In this document: positions 30,418 through 43,800 of the stretch, piece by piece
How positions within the stretch are numbered: the stretch's first letter is position 1
Layout: the number at the start of each line of letters is the position of its first letter
NCBI GenBank assembly: GCA_025656775.1
Contig: JAHXHI010000207.1
Coordinates: 1-44,393 of the forward strand
Direction of reading: 5' to 3'
Source of the DNA: a gamma proteobacterium symbiont of Bathyaustriella thionipta
Lineage (GTDB): Bacteria > Pseudomonadota > Gammaproteobacteria > GRL18
Length of the DNA: 44,393 nucleotides
Position numbers and translations under genes: made by a program
Notes under the pieces: generated by a model
The model's input: only the letters and a program-made list of their open reading frames with translations
Told to the model about the DNA's origin: nothing
Databases searched by the model: none

Positions 30418-31004
30418 CAATTTATCCTTTTCGCTGTAACAACATAGCGTAAGGGGCCGCCGGGATTAATCGCATCAAATGGATAACAGGTTACCAGAAT
30501 TAATTTTTCTGAATTTTCTGTGACCTCAAGTGTCTGCTTGCGGCTGTCAGCTATATGTATGCTATTCACTTGATACCAGACAATATAACCTTCACGGGTT
30601 TGAATTTTTATTTTTTCGTCCAGATCAATGTGTTGCAACAATTCAAAGTGAGTATCACGATGGCCGGCAATAATACTGCTTCCAGAATCTCCGGGAAAGG
30701 CAGAGCCTGTTAGATGCCCCGGCCCGAATGGCAGTGATGCGCCATTGGCACCATTTAATACATAAAAACTAACAGCCTTGTTTTGAAACTGCAGTTTGGC
30801 TACCGGCCATGTATCTGCCCATGACCAGGGTTTAACCTGTGTGTTTCCTGATAAGGTCTTATCCCAGGCATCACTAATCAGATATTGCGCGAGCTGAGCT
30901 TTAGCAAAGATATAGCCGCCATTGGCTATCAACCCAATCGCAGTGATTAAAAGCAGATAGAAAATTGAGCGTTGCGGCCCGTTTTTTTTGTTAATATTTT
31001 TCAT
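30417..31004 (-). CDS. Class GN (marine proteobacterial) sortase
   Basis: N-terminal anchor, 'AKAQLAQYLI..AW', 'KPWSWADTWPVAKL', catalytic His (IAGHRDTHF), Cys (LVTCYPF) and Arg (GGPLRYVV). Confidence 0.95.
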   Translation of the reverse strand: MKNINKKNGPQRSIFYLLLITAIGLIANGGYIFAKAQLAQYLISDAWDKTLSGNTQVKPWSWADTWPVAKLQFQNKAVSFYVLNGANGASLPFGPGHLTGSAFPGDSGSSIIAGHRDTHFELLQHIDLDEKIKIQTREGYIVWYQVNSIHIADSRKQTLEVTENSEKLILVTCYPFDAINPGGPLRYVVTAKRIN

Positions 31005-31022
31005 TGTATTATGGTCATTTAA

Positions 31023-33185
31023 CTAAGCTCTAAACGCTTCAAACAAGGCCGATTTTTTTAAATGTGTGATAATAAGCAGTAGTAATATCAATAAACCAAT
31101 AATGATATTTCTCGTTGCTGGTGTCGCTGTCTGTGGAAAGGAATAGTTTTTTCTTATTTGCTGAATGGATTGTCCTTCAGGCAGAAGGTTGGCGACAGAT
31201 TCTTTACGTATAGCGTCTGCATTATCTCTTACAGGAGTCTCATCAACGGCAATGAAACTGGTGTATTTACTGAGCAGCTGGTGTTGTAAAGCCACCTCAA
31301 TGACCTGTGATTTTGTCTCACTCTCTGTTGATTGATTGTCAATTTTCTTGTCCATTAAGGCTGATATTTTACTTCTGGCCCAAATGGTACTGATGCCATT
31401 ATGCTGACCACCTTGTTGTAAATTGATTTTACGCTGCCATGACCCTTGCTGAGTTTGTCCTTTAATGATCACTTCACCCTTCAATTCAGCTATTTTTGCG
31501 GAAACAATCAGTGGTTCTCCCATATAGAGATCGGGAACACGCTCTGGATAAACTTCACTCTTTTGCGGCCATTCAATACTTAAATGACTCAGTACGGGTG
31601 ATTCAAGTTTGTTAAATAAGGCAGACATCTTCTGTTGAACCTCATCAACTGTTCCAATATAGGTGAAGCTGCCCCGACCAAAGTGAGCCGCTTTGGTCAT
31701 AAAATATGAATTAGGTGCAGAACCGATGCCGATGGTAAATAAGCGGGCCTCTTTCAGATGGGTATGAATAATAGAAAATAATTGTGTTTCATTGCCGACA
31801 CTGCCATCAGTTATAAAGACAACCTGGCGTAAAAACCCTTCGCCTATGTTGTCTTTTAATGCAGCAATAAGGGCAGGAGCCATTTCTGTTCCACCACCAG
31901 CCTGCAGGGATGATACAAAATTCTGAGCCTGGTTAATATTATTTTTGTCAGCCATGACACTTTGTGAAAAAAGAGCCTGTGTCTGAGAATTAAATTCAAT
32001 AATATTAAAGCTATCTTGTTCTGATAAACGTGTTAATGCATAACTCAGGCTGGATTTTGCCTGACGTATTGATGTGCCATTCATTGAACCCGAAGTATCA
32101 ATCACAAAGAGCATTTCTCTGGGTAAGCGGTTTTCATCAGGTAAAAATTGTGGCGGCATCAACATCAGCATCAGATAATTTTCATTATCGTCGTTGTTTG
32201 ATTTGCGTTCATTGAATAATGCCGCTTTTGGTTTTTGCCCGACTTGCGGACGCCACTTTAAAACAAAATCCCTGTCCATAGAGACCTGTGTAGATTGTAA
32301 ATCAATCTGATACAGGTGTTCTGTCTGAGTAATTGTAATGGGATGATACGCACTGGCAATCATGTCCAGCGGCATGGACATATTGATAGTACCCGTAATC
32401 TGAATAGGGTTAGTGAGCTTCTCCTTATTATTGGTGACTGAAATCATTGGCGGGGTAATTCTTTGTGCATCAGTGACTTGATCAGTGTTGAGTGCCCAAC
32501 AATTGCCCTGATTAATTGGTAATGCCTGATCGCCTAACTGTTCAGCTAATATTTTTCCCGGAATAAAACGCGGGGTAATCGTCATGGGAAAACGCAATTC
32601 AAATTCACCCTGATGGTAAGTAATATTTTGCAAATAGCTGATTTCAATAATAATTTCCTTTCCGGGAGCAATATTGCTAATCGTATTGGTAAACAGATTA
32701 GGACGTTCCTGTTCAACAAGGCTGGCTTGTTTTCCAGCTGCTCTGGCTTGTTGATAGATGATTTTGGCTTCTTTTTTTTCTTTAATTTTTCCTTCAATAA
32801 TACGTTCGTCAATTTGAATATGCATTTTATTGACAGCGGCATTCTCAGGCAGTGGAAAGACATAAATACCTTCAACCCAATGCTCACTTGTATTTTTAAA
32901 TCGTTGTTTTAAATTTATTCGGGCAACCATGCCGTTAACTTCTAAATTCATATCAGTATGGAGTAACAGGGCAGGTTGATATTTTTTACGGCTTTCAGTG
33001 TGAAATAATAATTGGCCTGCTTTTACCTGATTTATGCTTACAGCCAATTCTTCAGAAAAAGCAGATGCCGGCAGTGGATTTGCAGCATAATAAAAGAGTA
33101 ATCCAATCAATAGTAAATAGTGAAAAATACGTTGGCTGTTATTTGTGTTGTTATCACTTGCGTTACACATTTTTGTGGTCATCAC
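31023..33185 (-). CDS. Marine proteobacterial sortase target protein (VIT + vWA domains, C-terminal sorting signal)
   Basis: N-terminal hydrophobic signal/anchor, VIT domain (EGIYVFPLPENAAV...ASLVEQERPNLF), vWA MIDAS (FVIDTSGSM...FITDG), LLSKYTSFIAVD, then FPQTAT + hydrophobic helix + KK. Confidence 0.95.
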   Translation of the reverse strand: MMTTKMCNASDNNTNNSQRIFHYLLLIGLLFYYAANPLPASAFSEELAVSINQVKAGQLLFHTESRKKYQPALLLHTDMNLEVNGMVARINLKQRFKNTSEHWVEGIYVFPLPENAAVNKMHIQIDERIIEGKIKEKKEAKIIYQQARAAGKQASLVEQERPNLFTNTISNIAPGKEIIIEISYLQNITYHQGEFELRFPMTITPRFIPGKILAEQLGDQALPINQGNCWALNTDQVTDAQRITPPMISVTNNKEKLTNPIQITGTINMSMPLDMIASAYHPITITQTEHLYQIDLQSTQVSMDRDFVLKWRPQVGQKPKAALFNERKSNNDDNENYLMLMLMPPQFLPDENRLPREMLFVIDTSGSMNGTSIRQAKSSLSYALTRLSEQDSFNIIEFNSQTQALFSQSVMADKNNINQAQNFVSSLQAGGGTEMAPALIAALKDNIGEGFLRQVVFITDGSVGNETQLFSIIHTHLKEARLFTIGIGSAPNSYFMTKAAHFGRGSFTYIGTVDEVQQKMSALFNKLESPVLSHLSIEWPQKSEVYPERVPDLYMGEPLIVSAKIAELKGEVIIKGQTQQGSWQRKINLQQGGQHNGISTIWARSKISALMDKKIDNQSTESETKSQVIEVALQHQLLSKYTSFIAVDETPVRDNADAIRKESVANLLPEGQSIQQIRKNYSFPQTATPATRNIIIGLLILLLLIITHLKKSALFEAFRA

Positions 33186-33237
33186 TTTAATCCTTAATCT
33201 GTAAAATAATTTTATTTGCTTATCATGTACTCATTTC

Positions 33238-33304
33238 ATCATAGAGAAATGGCTTGAATGTATTGATATTGTGTAAAATTGGTGTGGAATTATGATGAAT
33301 TATG
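33238..33304 (-). promoter_or_regulatory. Putative activator-dependent promoter of the sortase operon with phased direct repeats
   Basis: GAATTATG at 33287-33294 and 33297-33304 plus a degenerate AAATTGG at 33276-33282 (10-11 bp period), upstream of a minus-strand TATGAT -10 at 33243-33238. Confidence 0.4.
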
Positions 33305-33382
33305 GCAGTCATTATTTTCAGGAGACTGACTTCACTATGGGAAATGGTTCAAAAAAGTGATCTATTTAAAACGATATAAAAG

Positions 33383-33391
33383 TGTTATAAT
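33383..33391 (+). promoter_or_regulatory. Extended -10 promoter for accA
   Basis: TGtTATAAT about 90 nt upstream of the accA start. Confidence 0.5.
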
Positions 33392-33481
33392 TTAAAATTA
33401 CTACAAACTAATATACAGGCCTTCTAATGGCTTAGGGACCTGTCCAGGAATTAACGTTTATACCGACATAAGAAATATATA

Positions 33482-34441
33482 ATGAATCCAAATTTTCTTG
33501 ATTTTGAACAACCGATAGCGGAGCTTGAAGCAAAGATTGAAGAGTTGCGCTATGTTGGTAATGATACTGAACTCAATTTATCTGAAGAAATTTCCACCTT
33601 GCAGGGTAAAAGCAAGTCACTGACGGAATCTATTTTTAAAGATTTAACACCCTGGCAGATATCGCAATTAGCCCGTCACCCGATGCGCCCTTATACTCTG
33701 GACTACATCAATCTTATCTTTACTGACTTTGAAGAACTTCATGGTGATCGTGCTTTTGCAGATGATGCCCCGATTGTGGGTGGTCTGGCACGTTTGGATG
33801 GTAATCCTGTGATGATTATTGGTCAGCAAAAAGGTCGTGATACCAAGGAGAAAGTTAAACGTAATTTTGGTATGCCGCGTCCGGAAGGTTATCGTAAAGC
33901 GCTGCGCCTGATGAAAATGGCAGAACGCTTTAAATTACCGATATTGACCTTTATTGATACACCAGGTGCTTACCCTGGAGTGGGTGCTGAAGAACGCGGA
34001 CAAAGTGAAGCCATTGCTCGTAATTTGATTGAAATGGCCGAACTCAAAGTGCCGGTAATTTGTACAGTGATTGGTGAAGGTGGTTCAGGCGGTGCCCTGG
34101 CTATTGGCGTGGGTGATCGAGTGAATCTATTACAATACAGTACTTATTCGGTTATTTCACCAGAAGGGTGTGCCAGTATTTTATGGAAAAGTGCTGAAAA
34201 AGCATCAGAGGCTGCTGAAGCAATGGGTATTACTTCAGGGCGTTTGAAAGAGCTTGGTCTGATTGATCAGATCATTGATGAACCAATTGGCGGGGCTCAC
34301 CGCGACCATGAAGCGATGGCTAAAAAATTAAAACAGTCCTTGTTAGAAACTCTGGAACACCTGCTGGAAATGCCAACTGATCGCCTATTAGACTCTCGTT
34401 ATGAACGTCTGATGAAGTTTGGTCACTATCTTGAAAACTAA
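33482..34441 (+). CDS. accA: Acetyl-CoA carboxylase carboxyltransferase alpha
   Basis: [47 protein letters not shown]. Confidence 0.99.
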   Translation: MNPNFLDFEQPIAELEAKIEELRYVGNDTELNLSEEISTLQGKSKSLTESIFKDLTPWQISQLARHPMRPYTLDYINLIFTDFEELHGDRAFADDAPIVGGLARLDGNPVMIIGQQKGRDTKEKVKRNFGMPRPEGYRKALRLMKMAERFKLPILTFIDTPGAYPGVGAEERGQSEAIARNLIEMAELKVPVICTVIGEGGSGGALAIGVGDRVNLLQYSTYSVISPEGCASILWKSAEKASEAAEAMGITSGRLKELGLIDQIIDEPIGGAHRDHEAMAKKLKQSLLETLEHLLEMPTDRLLDSRYERLMKFGHYLEN

Positions 34442-34512
34442 CGTGATAAAAATATATTTTTGAAGGTAAAGTTGAGTACTAATCTTTTTCATCTATTGAG
34501 GGGGTAGCATTA

Positions 34513-35985
34513 ATGTCTGTGACTCCTCAGGCCTTTCATTTCCACCTTCAGCAATTGGCTGCGACAGAAAAATACCTGATCGCCTATAGCGGCGGTGTTG
34601 ATTCACACGTTTTATTGCACCTTTGCTCTCAACTTAAAAATGCTCCCAGTGGTTTTGAACAATCATTTTCAGCGGTTTATATCGATCACGGTTTAAGCTC
34701 AAATGCTAAAAAATGGGGTTTTCATTGCCAGCATATTTGTTTTGAACTGGATATTCCTCTGACGATTATTGAAGTCGATGCAAGGCCAAAAAATGGTCAG
34801 AGCCCCGAGGCTTCAGCAAGGACCGCTCGTTATCAGGCTTTTAGTCAGTTATTAGATGAAAACGAGTGTCTTTTAACGGCACAACACCTGGATGATCAAG
34901 CTGAAACGCTCTTGTTACAGCTGCTTAGAGGCAGCGGCACCAAAGGCTTATCAGCCATGCCAAGAGTCAAACCCTTTTCCAAAGGACTCATCTGTCGTCC
35001 CATTCTGGATTATAGAAAACAGGATATTCTTGACTATGCAAGACAACATCAGCTGGACTGGATTGAAGATGAAAGTAATGCAGAAGAGCGTTTTGATCGT
35101 AACTATCTGCGCCATAAGATCTTACCGTTATTAGAAAAACGCTGGCCGGCTGTACAGGAAAATTTTTCTAAATCTGCTGAAGTGCTGGCAGAATCTCAAA
35201 TGTTATTAGATGAAATGGCACACTCTGATATCCAACACTTATTTTTTACCAATGCCAATGGTGTGATAGAGCATGATAAGCTGCTTCTGGAGCCCACTTT
35301 CCAACTATTAGTGTTGAGTCAGAAAGTTTCGCAATCCCAAAAAGGTGCAAATCACTGCCATCATCATGAATTAGCGCGTTTGAATAACCTGTTGAGATAT
35401 TGGATCAATCTTAATAAGCTCCCTATGCCGTCAAAAAAAATTCTGGAACAAATTGTTCATAGTGTTATCCAGGCAAGAGAAGATGCGATGCCACTCGTTT
35501 CATGGCGACGGGACTCATTCTCCTGTGAAGTTCGAAGGTATCGAAATAAGCTCTATTTGCTAGTTGCTTCTTCAACCATACAACCGCTTCAGGAACAACA
35601 GCTGATTGAGGGGCAGGAAATTGATTTAAACGTTAATAATGGCAGTGTTAAATTAATACCTGCCGATACCACACTGCCCAATCAAGGTTTTGAGCGAGAG
35701 AAACTGCTGAGCAAAAAACTGATAATCGGCTATAGAAAGGGTGGTGAACGATATCGACGAACCGCAAAAGAGCAGTCACACACCTTAAAACACTGGTTTC
35801 AGGAACAAGGTATCCCACCCTGGGAACGAGAGCAGATGCCGCTGGTTTTTTGGGGGGACGAATTGATTCAGGTTGGCAACTATGTGATCAGTGATATCGT
35901 AAGCGATACGGTTAATGATACCCAAAAAAACAAGTCAGCTGATAACTCCCTGGTAATACACTGGCAAAGAATGAAAAATAAATAA
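34513..35985 (+). CDS. tilS: tRNA(Ile)-lysidine synthetase
   Basis: AYSGGVDS PP-loop, ARTARY, AQHLDDQAET, DESN...DRNYLR, C-terminal LKHWFQEQGIPPWER. Confidence 0.96.
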   Translation: MSVTPQAFHFHLQQLAATEKYLIAYSGGVDSHVLLHLCSQLKNAPSGFEQSFSAVYIDHGLSSNAKKWGFHCQHICFELDIPLTIIEVDARPKNGQSPEASARTARYQAFSQLLDENECLLTAQHLDDQAETLLLQLLRGSGTKGLSAMPRVKPFSKGLICRPILDYRKQDILDYARQHQLDWIEDESNAEERFDRNYLRHKILPLLEKRWPAVQENFSKSAEVLAESQMLLDEMAHSDIQHLFFTNANGVIEHDKLLLEPTFQLLVLSQKVSQSQKGANHCHHHELARLNNLLRYWINLNKLPMPSKKILEQIVHSVIQAREDAMPLVSWRRDSFSCEVRRYRNKLYLLVASSTIQPLQEQQLIEGQEIDLNVNNGSVKLIPADTTLPNQGFEREKLLSKKLIIGYRKGGERYRRTAKEQSHTLKHWFQEQGIPPWEREQMPLVFWGDELIQVGNYVISDIVSDTVNDTQKNKSADNSLVIHWQRMKNK

Positions 35986-36134
35986 CATTGCATCCATATT
36001 GGGATGAAATGATTCCCAAAAAACGGTAGAATTACCCATTTGTTTCTAGCGTATTCTTTTGCATCCTTTTATTGAGAAAATAAGAGAATGTAAGTAGGTA
36101 TCGCTGATAAATTGAACACCTAAGAGCTTGATAA

Positions 36135-37813
<1,679 letters not shown>

Positions 37814-37814
<1 letters not shown>

Positions 37815-38647
37815 TGCAACTTTGTGACTTTGAAGTCGGACTTGATAAACCCTTATTTTTAATTGCCGGCCCCTGTGTGATTGAAAGTGAACACATGGCA
37901 ATGACCACAGCAGAGCAATTAAAAAAAATTACCGGCGAACTAAAAATTCCTTTTATTTACAAATCTTCTTTTGACAAAGCCAATCGGACTTCCAGTCAGA
38001 GTTACCGTGGTCCCGGCATGGCAGATGGGTTGAGAATTTTACAAAAAGTAAAAGAGGAGCTGAACTTACCCATTTTAACCGATGTTCATGAAGATACACC
38101 TCTGGATGAGATCTCAGATATAGTGGATGTGCTGCAGACCCCCGCTTTTTTATGTCGTCAGACCAACTTTATCCAAAATGTTGCCAGAACAGGCAAGCCG
38201 GTCAATATTAAAAAAGGTCAGTTCTTAGCACCCTGGGATATGAAAAATGTCATGGATAAGGCTAAAGAAACAGGGAACCAGCAAATCATGGCCTGTGAAC
38301 GTGGTGTGAGCTTTGGTTACAATAATTTAGTTTCTGATATGCGCGCTTTAGCGGTGATGCGCGAGACTGAGTGCCCTGTGGTTTATGATGCAACCCACTC
38401 TGTGCAGCAGCCAGGCGGTTTAGGCGGTTGTTCAGGCGGCAATAGAGAATTTGTTCCAGTATTAGCTCGTGCTGCGGTTGCCAGTGGTGTTTCAGGACTC
38501 TTTATGGAAACCCATCCGGAACCAGAAAAAGCGTTAAGTGATGGTCCTAATTCATGGCCTCTGGATAAAATGAGTGATTTACTAAAAATGCTGATGGCGA
38601 TTGATCAACTGGTTAAAGCAACACCATTTGCTGAAAATACATTATAA
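37814..38647 (+). CDS. kdsA: KDO-8-phosphate synthase
   Basis: [47 protein letters not shown]. Confidence 0.98.
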
Positions 38648-38734
38648 AGCCTTTAGCTGAAAATAAGTATCCATGAGCTTTTTACAAATAAAATACTAAA
38701 TAGTTATAGAAATTAAAGTCAAAATATAAATTAA

Positions 38735-40033
<1,299 letters not shown>

Positions 40034-40064
40034 ATGACTGGGTTTCTGATAATTTTTTGATGAT

Positions 40065-40123
40065 AAATGGGGTGCTCTTTGGCTAAATGCATTTGGTCCA
40101 AATGAGGACCCCATTTTGTTTTT
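40065..40123 (+). terminator. Long hairpin plus U-tract after eno
   Basis: AAATGGGGT(40065-40073)/ACCCCATTT(40108-40116) with extensive inner pairing, followed by TGTTTTT. Confidence 0.7.
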
Positions 40124-40135
40124 AACAAATAAGTA

Positions 40136-40429
40136 ATGAATTATATCATTGGCATTTTATTAATTTTGTTAGTCACACTGCAATATGACTTGTGGGTTGG
40201 TGAAGGCAGTATAGTGGAAGTCAGGAAACTGGAGGCCGCGATTGAATTACAAACAAAAGAAAATAAAATTTTCAGAGAACGTAATGATGCCTTGCAGGCT
40301 GAAGTATTAGATCTGAAAAATGGCTTCAGTGCAATTGAAGAACGAGTTCGTACTGAGCTGGGTATGATTAAAAATGATGAAACTTTTTTTCACGTCATTG
40401 AAAACAAACATATTAAAACAAAAAAATAA
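40136..40429 (+). CDS. ftsB: Cell division protein FtsB
   Basis: N-terminal TM, LQYDLWVGEG, coiled-coil, AIEERVRTELGMIK; eno-ftsB-ispD synteny. Confidence 0.95.
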   Translation: MNYIIGILLILLVTLQYDLWVGEGSIVEVRKLEAAIELQTKENKIFRERNDALQAEVLDLKNGFSAIEERVRTELGMIKNDETFFHVIENKHIKTKK

Positions 40430-40441
40430 CTGGTTTGATTA

Positions 40442-41197
40442 ATGACTAAAGCATCACCTGATACATTATCAACAAACACTTCGTCACTAAAGAATAACTA
40501 TTGGGCTGTTATTCCTGCTGCGGGTGTGGGTAAGCGCATGGGCAGCAAAATCCCCAAGCAGTATCTGCCTTTAGCAGGCAAAACGGTGCTTGAACAAACA
40601 CTCAATGTGTTTATTCAACATTCTGATATCACTGGAATTGTCGTTGCAGTCACTGAGGGTGATCCTTATTGGCAGGAAATATCAGTTAATTTTAATCAAG
40701 AAAATATGAAGCCTGTTATTATTGCGCCAGGTGGTCAGGAACGCTGTCATTCTGTTCTTAATGCACTTCAAGTACTTTCTCTTCATGCATCTGATAATGA
40801 CTGGGCTCTGGTTCATGATGCTGCTCGTCCCTGTCTGACAAGTAAGGACCTTGATCAGTTAATTAGCCGATTAAGTGCTGGCTCGACGGGGGGGCTGCTT
40901 GGTGTACCTATGGCTGATACCGTCAAAAGTTGTGATAAACAACAAAATGTAATAATGACAGTCGATCGCAGTGAATTGTGGCGCGCATTAACGCCTCAGA
41001 TGTTCCCCTATAAATTACTGCAAGAGGCACTTGCGCATGCCATTGAAAACAAAGCGCTGGTGACTGATGAAGCGTCTGCGATAGAATTGCAGGGTTTACA
41101 ACCAAAAATGGTAGAAGGGCATCCGGGTAATATTAAAATCACCCACCCGGGTGATTTGCAGCTTGCGGAACTTTTCTTTGCCAATGCATCAGAATAA
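40442..41197 (+). CDS. ispD: 2-C-methyl-D-erythritol 4-phosphate cytidylyltransferase
   Basis: [32 protein letters not shown]. Confidence 0.97.
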   Translation: MTKASPDTLSTNTSSLKNNYWAVIPAAGVGKRMGSKIPKQYLPLAGKTVLEQTLNVFIQHSDITGIVVAVTEGDPYWQEISVNFNQENMKPVIIAPGGQERCHSVLNALQVLSLHASDNDWALVHDAARPCLTSKDLDQLISRLSAGSTGGLLGVPMADTVKSCDKQQNVIMTVDRSELWRALTPQMFPYKLLQEALAHAIENKALVTDEASAIELQGLQPKMVEGHPGNIKITHPGDLQLAELFFANASE

Positions 41198-41210
41198 ACA
41201 GAGTATGAAT

Positions 41211-41720
41211 ATGATAAGAATTGGTCATGGCTATGATGCCCATCGTTTTTCGGGAGACCCTTCTGAATCAAACGCTTCAGCAATAGTGATAGGCGGTGTT
41301 CAAATACCTCACTCTCATGAATTATTGGCACATTCCGATGGCGATGTGTTAGTTCATGCCTTATGTGACGCCTTATTAGGCGCATTGGCTTTAGGTGATA
41401 TCGGCAAGCACTTTCCGGATACAGAGAGTGAATTTGAAAATATTGACAGTCGAATCTTATTAAGAAAAGTGATGCAGGAAGTGATTAAAGCCAATTACAA
41501 AATTGCCAATGCAGATATGACCATTATTGCCCAGACACCTAAAATGGCAGCGCATATTGAAACCATGTGTACGTATCTTGCTGATGATCTCACGATTGCT
41601 CGTTCACAAATTAATATCAAAGCCACGACCACTGAGAAGATGGGATTTACGGGGCGTAAAGAAGGTATTGCTGCGCATGCAGTGGTACTACTGATAAGTA
41701 ATAACGCTTATCCCGGGTGA
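41211..41720 (+). CDS. ispF: 2-C-methyl-D-erythritol 2,4-cyclodiphosphate synthase
   Basis: [41 protein letters not shown]. Start moved to the ATG at 41211 (41205 also possible). Confidence 0.97.
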   Translation: MIRIGHGYDAHRFSGDPSESNASAIVIGGVQIPHSHELLAHSDGDVLVHALCDALLGALALGDIGKHFPDTESEFENIDSRILLRKVMQEVIKANYKIANADMTIIAQTPKMAAHIETMCTYLADDLTIARSQINIKATTTEKMGFTGRKEGIAAHAVVLLISNNAYPG

Positions 41721-41721
41721 A

Positions 41722-42804
41722 ATGGAAAGAACATTGAATGAAACTGATTTAGATTTATCTGAACCTTATCCGGTTTTCAAAATTGAGGATCTGGCTTATG
41801 CTCACGATGTCCCTGAGGGGATGGCAAAATTTAAAGTCTATGCGGCTGATTTTATTGTCCGGGAAACCCTGAGTTTTGAACCTGAAGGCAAGGGCACACA
41901 TGCCTATCTGTACATTGAAAAAACGAATACCAATACAGAATGGCTCGCCAGACAGTTAGCCCGTTTTGTCGGTGTTGAAGCAAGAGAAATTGGTTATGCA
42001 GGTTTAAAAGACAGAAATGCCGTGACTTCTCAATGGTTTAGTATTAATCTGGAAATTACAGATGAACCTGACTGGGATGAGTTTCAACTTGAAGGGGTTA
42101 AAATCTTAAAAAAGACCCTGCATCGAAAAAAATTAAAGCGTGGGGCAATCAAGCATAATGACTTTGAGATCGTATTAAGAGATCTTGAACAGCTTACCAG
42201 AGAAGAGCTGAGCAGCCGCATTAATAAAATACAATCTTCCGGGGTGCCTAACTATTTTGCGCAACAGCGATTTGGTCATGATTATAATAACCTTACTCGT
42301 GGTGCAAAATGGTTTGATGGTGCTATAAAAATTAAAAAGCGTGCAGATAAAAGTATGATACTTTCTGCGGCTCGCTCAATGATCTTTAATCAAATGTTAT
42401 CACATAGAATCCAACAAAAGGGCTGGGATAAATTAATTAATGGTGACATAATGATGTTGTCAGGTACCCATTCGATTTTTCCGGCAGCGGAAATTGATGA
42501 TGAACTGCAAGCACGTTTTCATCAGGGTGACATTCACCCGACAGCTGCTTTATGGGGCAGGGGAAGACTCAGCAGTGAAAATGACTTGTTAACCATAGAA
42601 CAGAGTGTAGCGGATATGCTTGTTCAATGGTGTGAAGGTTTAGAAAAGCAGGGCTTAAAACAGGAGCGTCGTGCAGCAAGACTTTTTCCAGAAAATCTGT
42701 CAATACAGTTTACAGAAGACTCTTTAGAAAAAGTAACCTTAGCTTTTTCTTTGCCGACAGGTACTTATGCTACAGCCGTGTTACGAGAAATTATTCGATT
42801 TTAG
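41722..42804 (+). CDS. truD: tRNA pseudouridine(13) synthase
   Basis: DFIVRE, YAGLKDRNAVTSQWFS, GVPNYF..QRFG, FSLPTGTYATAVLRE. Confidence 0.97.
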   Translation: MERTLNETDLDLSEPYPVFKIEDLAYAHDVPEGMAKFKVYAADFIVRETLSFEPEGKGTHAYLYIEKTNTNTEWLARQLARFVGVEAREIGYAGLKDRNAVTSQWFSINLEITDEPDWDEFQLEGVKILKKTLHRKKLKRGAIKHNDFEIVLRDLEQLTREELSSRINKIQSSGVPNYFAQQRFGHDYNNLTRGAKWFDGAIKIKKRADKSMILSAARSMIFNQMLSHRIQQKGWDKLINGDIMMLSGTHSIFPAAEIDDELQARFHQGDIHPTAALWGRGRLSSENDLLTIEQSVADMLVQWCEGLEKQGLKQERRAARLFPENLSIQFTEDSLEKVTLAFSLPTGTYATAVLREIIRF

Positions 42805-42861
42805 AACTAAAGGCCGCGGAAATAATGGCTGCTCACTTGTTAACGTAAAGAACCAGAATTT

Positions 42862-43770
42862 ATGAAAAAAATTATTGTTAAGACATTATGTTTTGCTCTA
42901 CTGCTATCTGTACTCTTTTCTGCTGCAGTACAGGCGGCATCAGTACAAAACAAAAAAGCTGTCAATCTTGCATCTGTGAGTGCTATTGCTGTGGACTCAA
43001 AAACAGGTTCAGTTTTATTCGCAAAAAATTCAGATATAGTTATGCCGATAGCTTCTATAACGAAAGTAATGACAGCAATAGTGATACTGGATTCAAAGTT
43101 ATCACTTAAAGAAAAAATACGTTTTGCCAAAGAAGATAAACAAAGTATCAATAACTATTTCTCTCGAGTAAGAATTGATTCAGAGCTTAGTCGTGGAGAT
43201 ACCCTGAGAATTGCCCTGATGTCATCAGAAAATCTGGCAGCCTCTGCACTGGGGCGTTCATATCCAGGCGGTAGTAAAGCTTTTGTAAAGGCCATGAATG
43301 CTAAAGCTAAAGCTCTGGGTATGAAAAATACCCATTTTGTCAACTCAACCGGCTTGTCTGAAAAAAATGTCTCAACGGCATCTGATGTAGCAAAAATGGT
43401 GGCTGCTGCTGCAAAATACCCCTTAATAAAAAAATATTCCACCACTCAAACCTTTACCGCACGTTTTAAAAAACCTCGTTATATCTTAGGTTATACCAAT
43501 ACTAATGTACTGGTTCGAGCAGGTCATAAAGATGTCAAGCTCAGTAAAACCGGTTATCTTGATGAAGCAGGTCGTTGTCTGATTATGCTAAGGCGAATTG
43601 GTAATAAAGATGTGGTTATGGTGATGCTGGACTCCTTTGGTAAGCGCAGTCCTATTGGTGATGCTAACCGCATTAAAAAATGGCTGAAAACAGGTAAGCA
43701 GGGTAAAGTTGCCAAATCAGCAGCAAATTATGAGCAGATGAAATTAGCTCAGTATTCAAAAGACCATTAA
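42862..43770 (+). CDS. pbpG: D-alanyl-D-alanine endopeptidase (PBP7-like, peptidase S11)
   Basis: Signal peptide, SxxK (PIASITK), SxN (ALMSSEN), KTG (SKTGYLDEAGRCL), R.GDANRI.KWL. Confidence 0.88.
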   Translation: MKKIIVKTLCFALLLSVLFSAAVQAASVQNKKAVNLASVSAIAVDSKTGSVLFAKNSDIVMPIASITKVMTAIVILDSKLSLKEKIRFAKEDKQSINNYFSRVRIDSELSRGDTLRIALMSSENLAASALGRSYPGGSKAFVKAMNAKAKALGMKNTHFVNSTGLSEKNVSTASDVAKMVAAAAKYPLIKKYSTTQTFTARFKKPRYILGYTNTNVLVRAGHKDVKLSKTGYLDEAGRCLIMLRRIGNKDVVMVMLDSFGKRSPIGDANRIKKWLKTGKQGKVAKSAANYEQMKLAQYSKDH

Positions 43771-43800
43771 AAGCGACTAATAATACGACAAAGCATTTAG

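Noticed and set aside
35890-35922. Degenerate 12-bp periodicity near the tilS 3' end (SDIV-SDTV-NDT)
   Set aside because: Too degenerate and in a variable C-terminal region; probably old slippage with no evident function.
41151-41210. IspF N-terminal extension or IspD-IspF fusion
   Set aside because: ispD has a clean stop at 41197 in a different frame, and ispF has its own start at 41205/41211.
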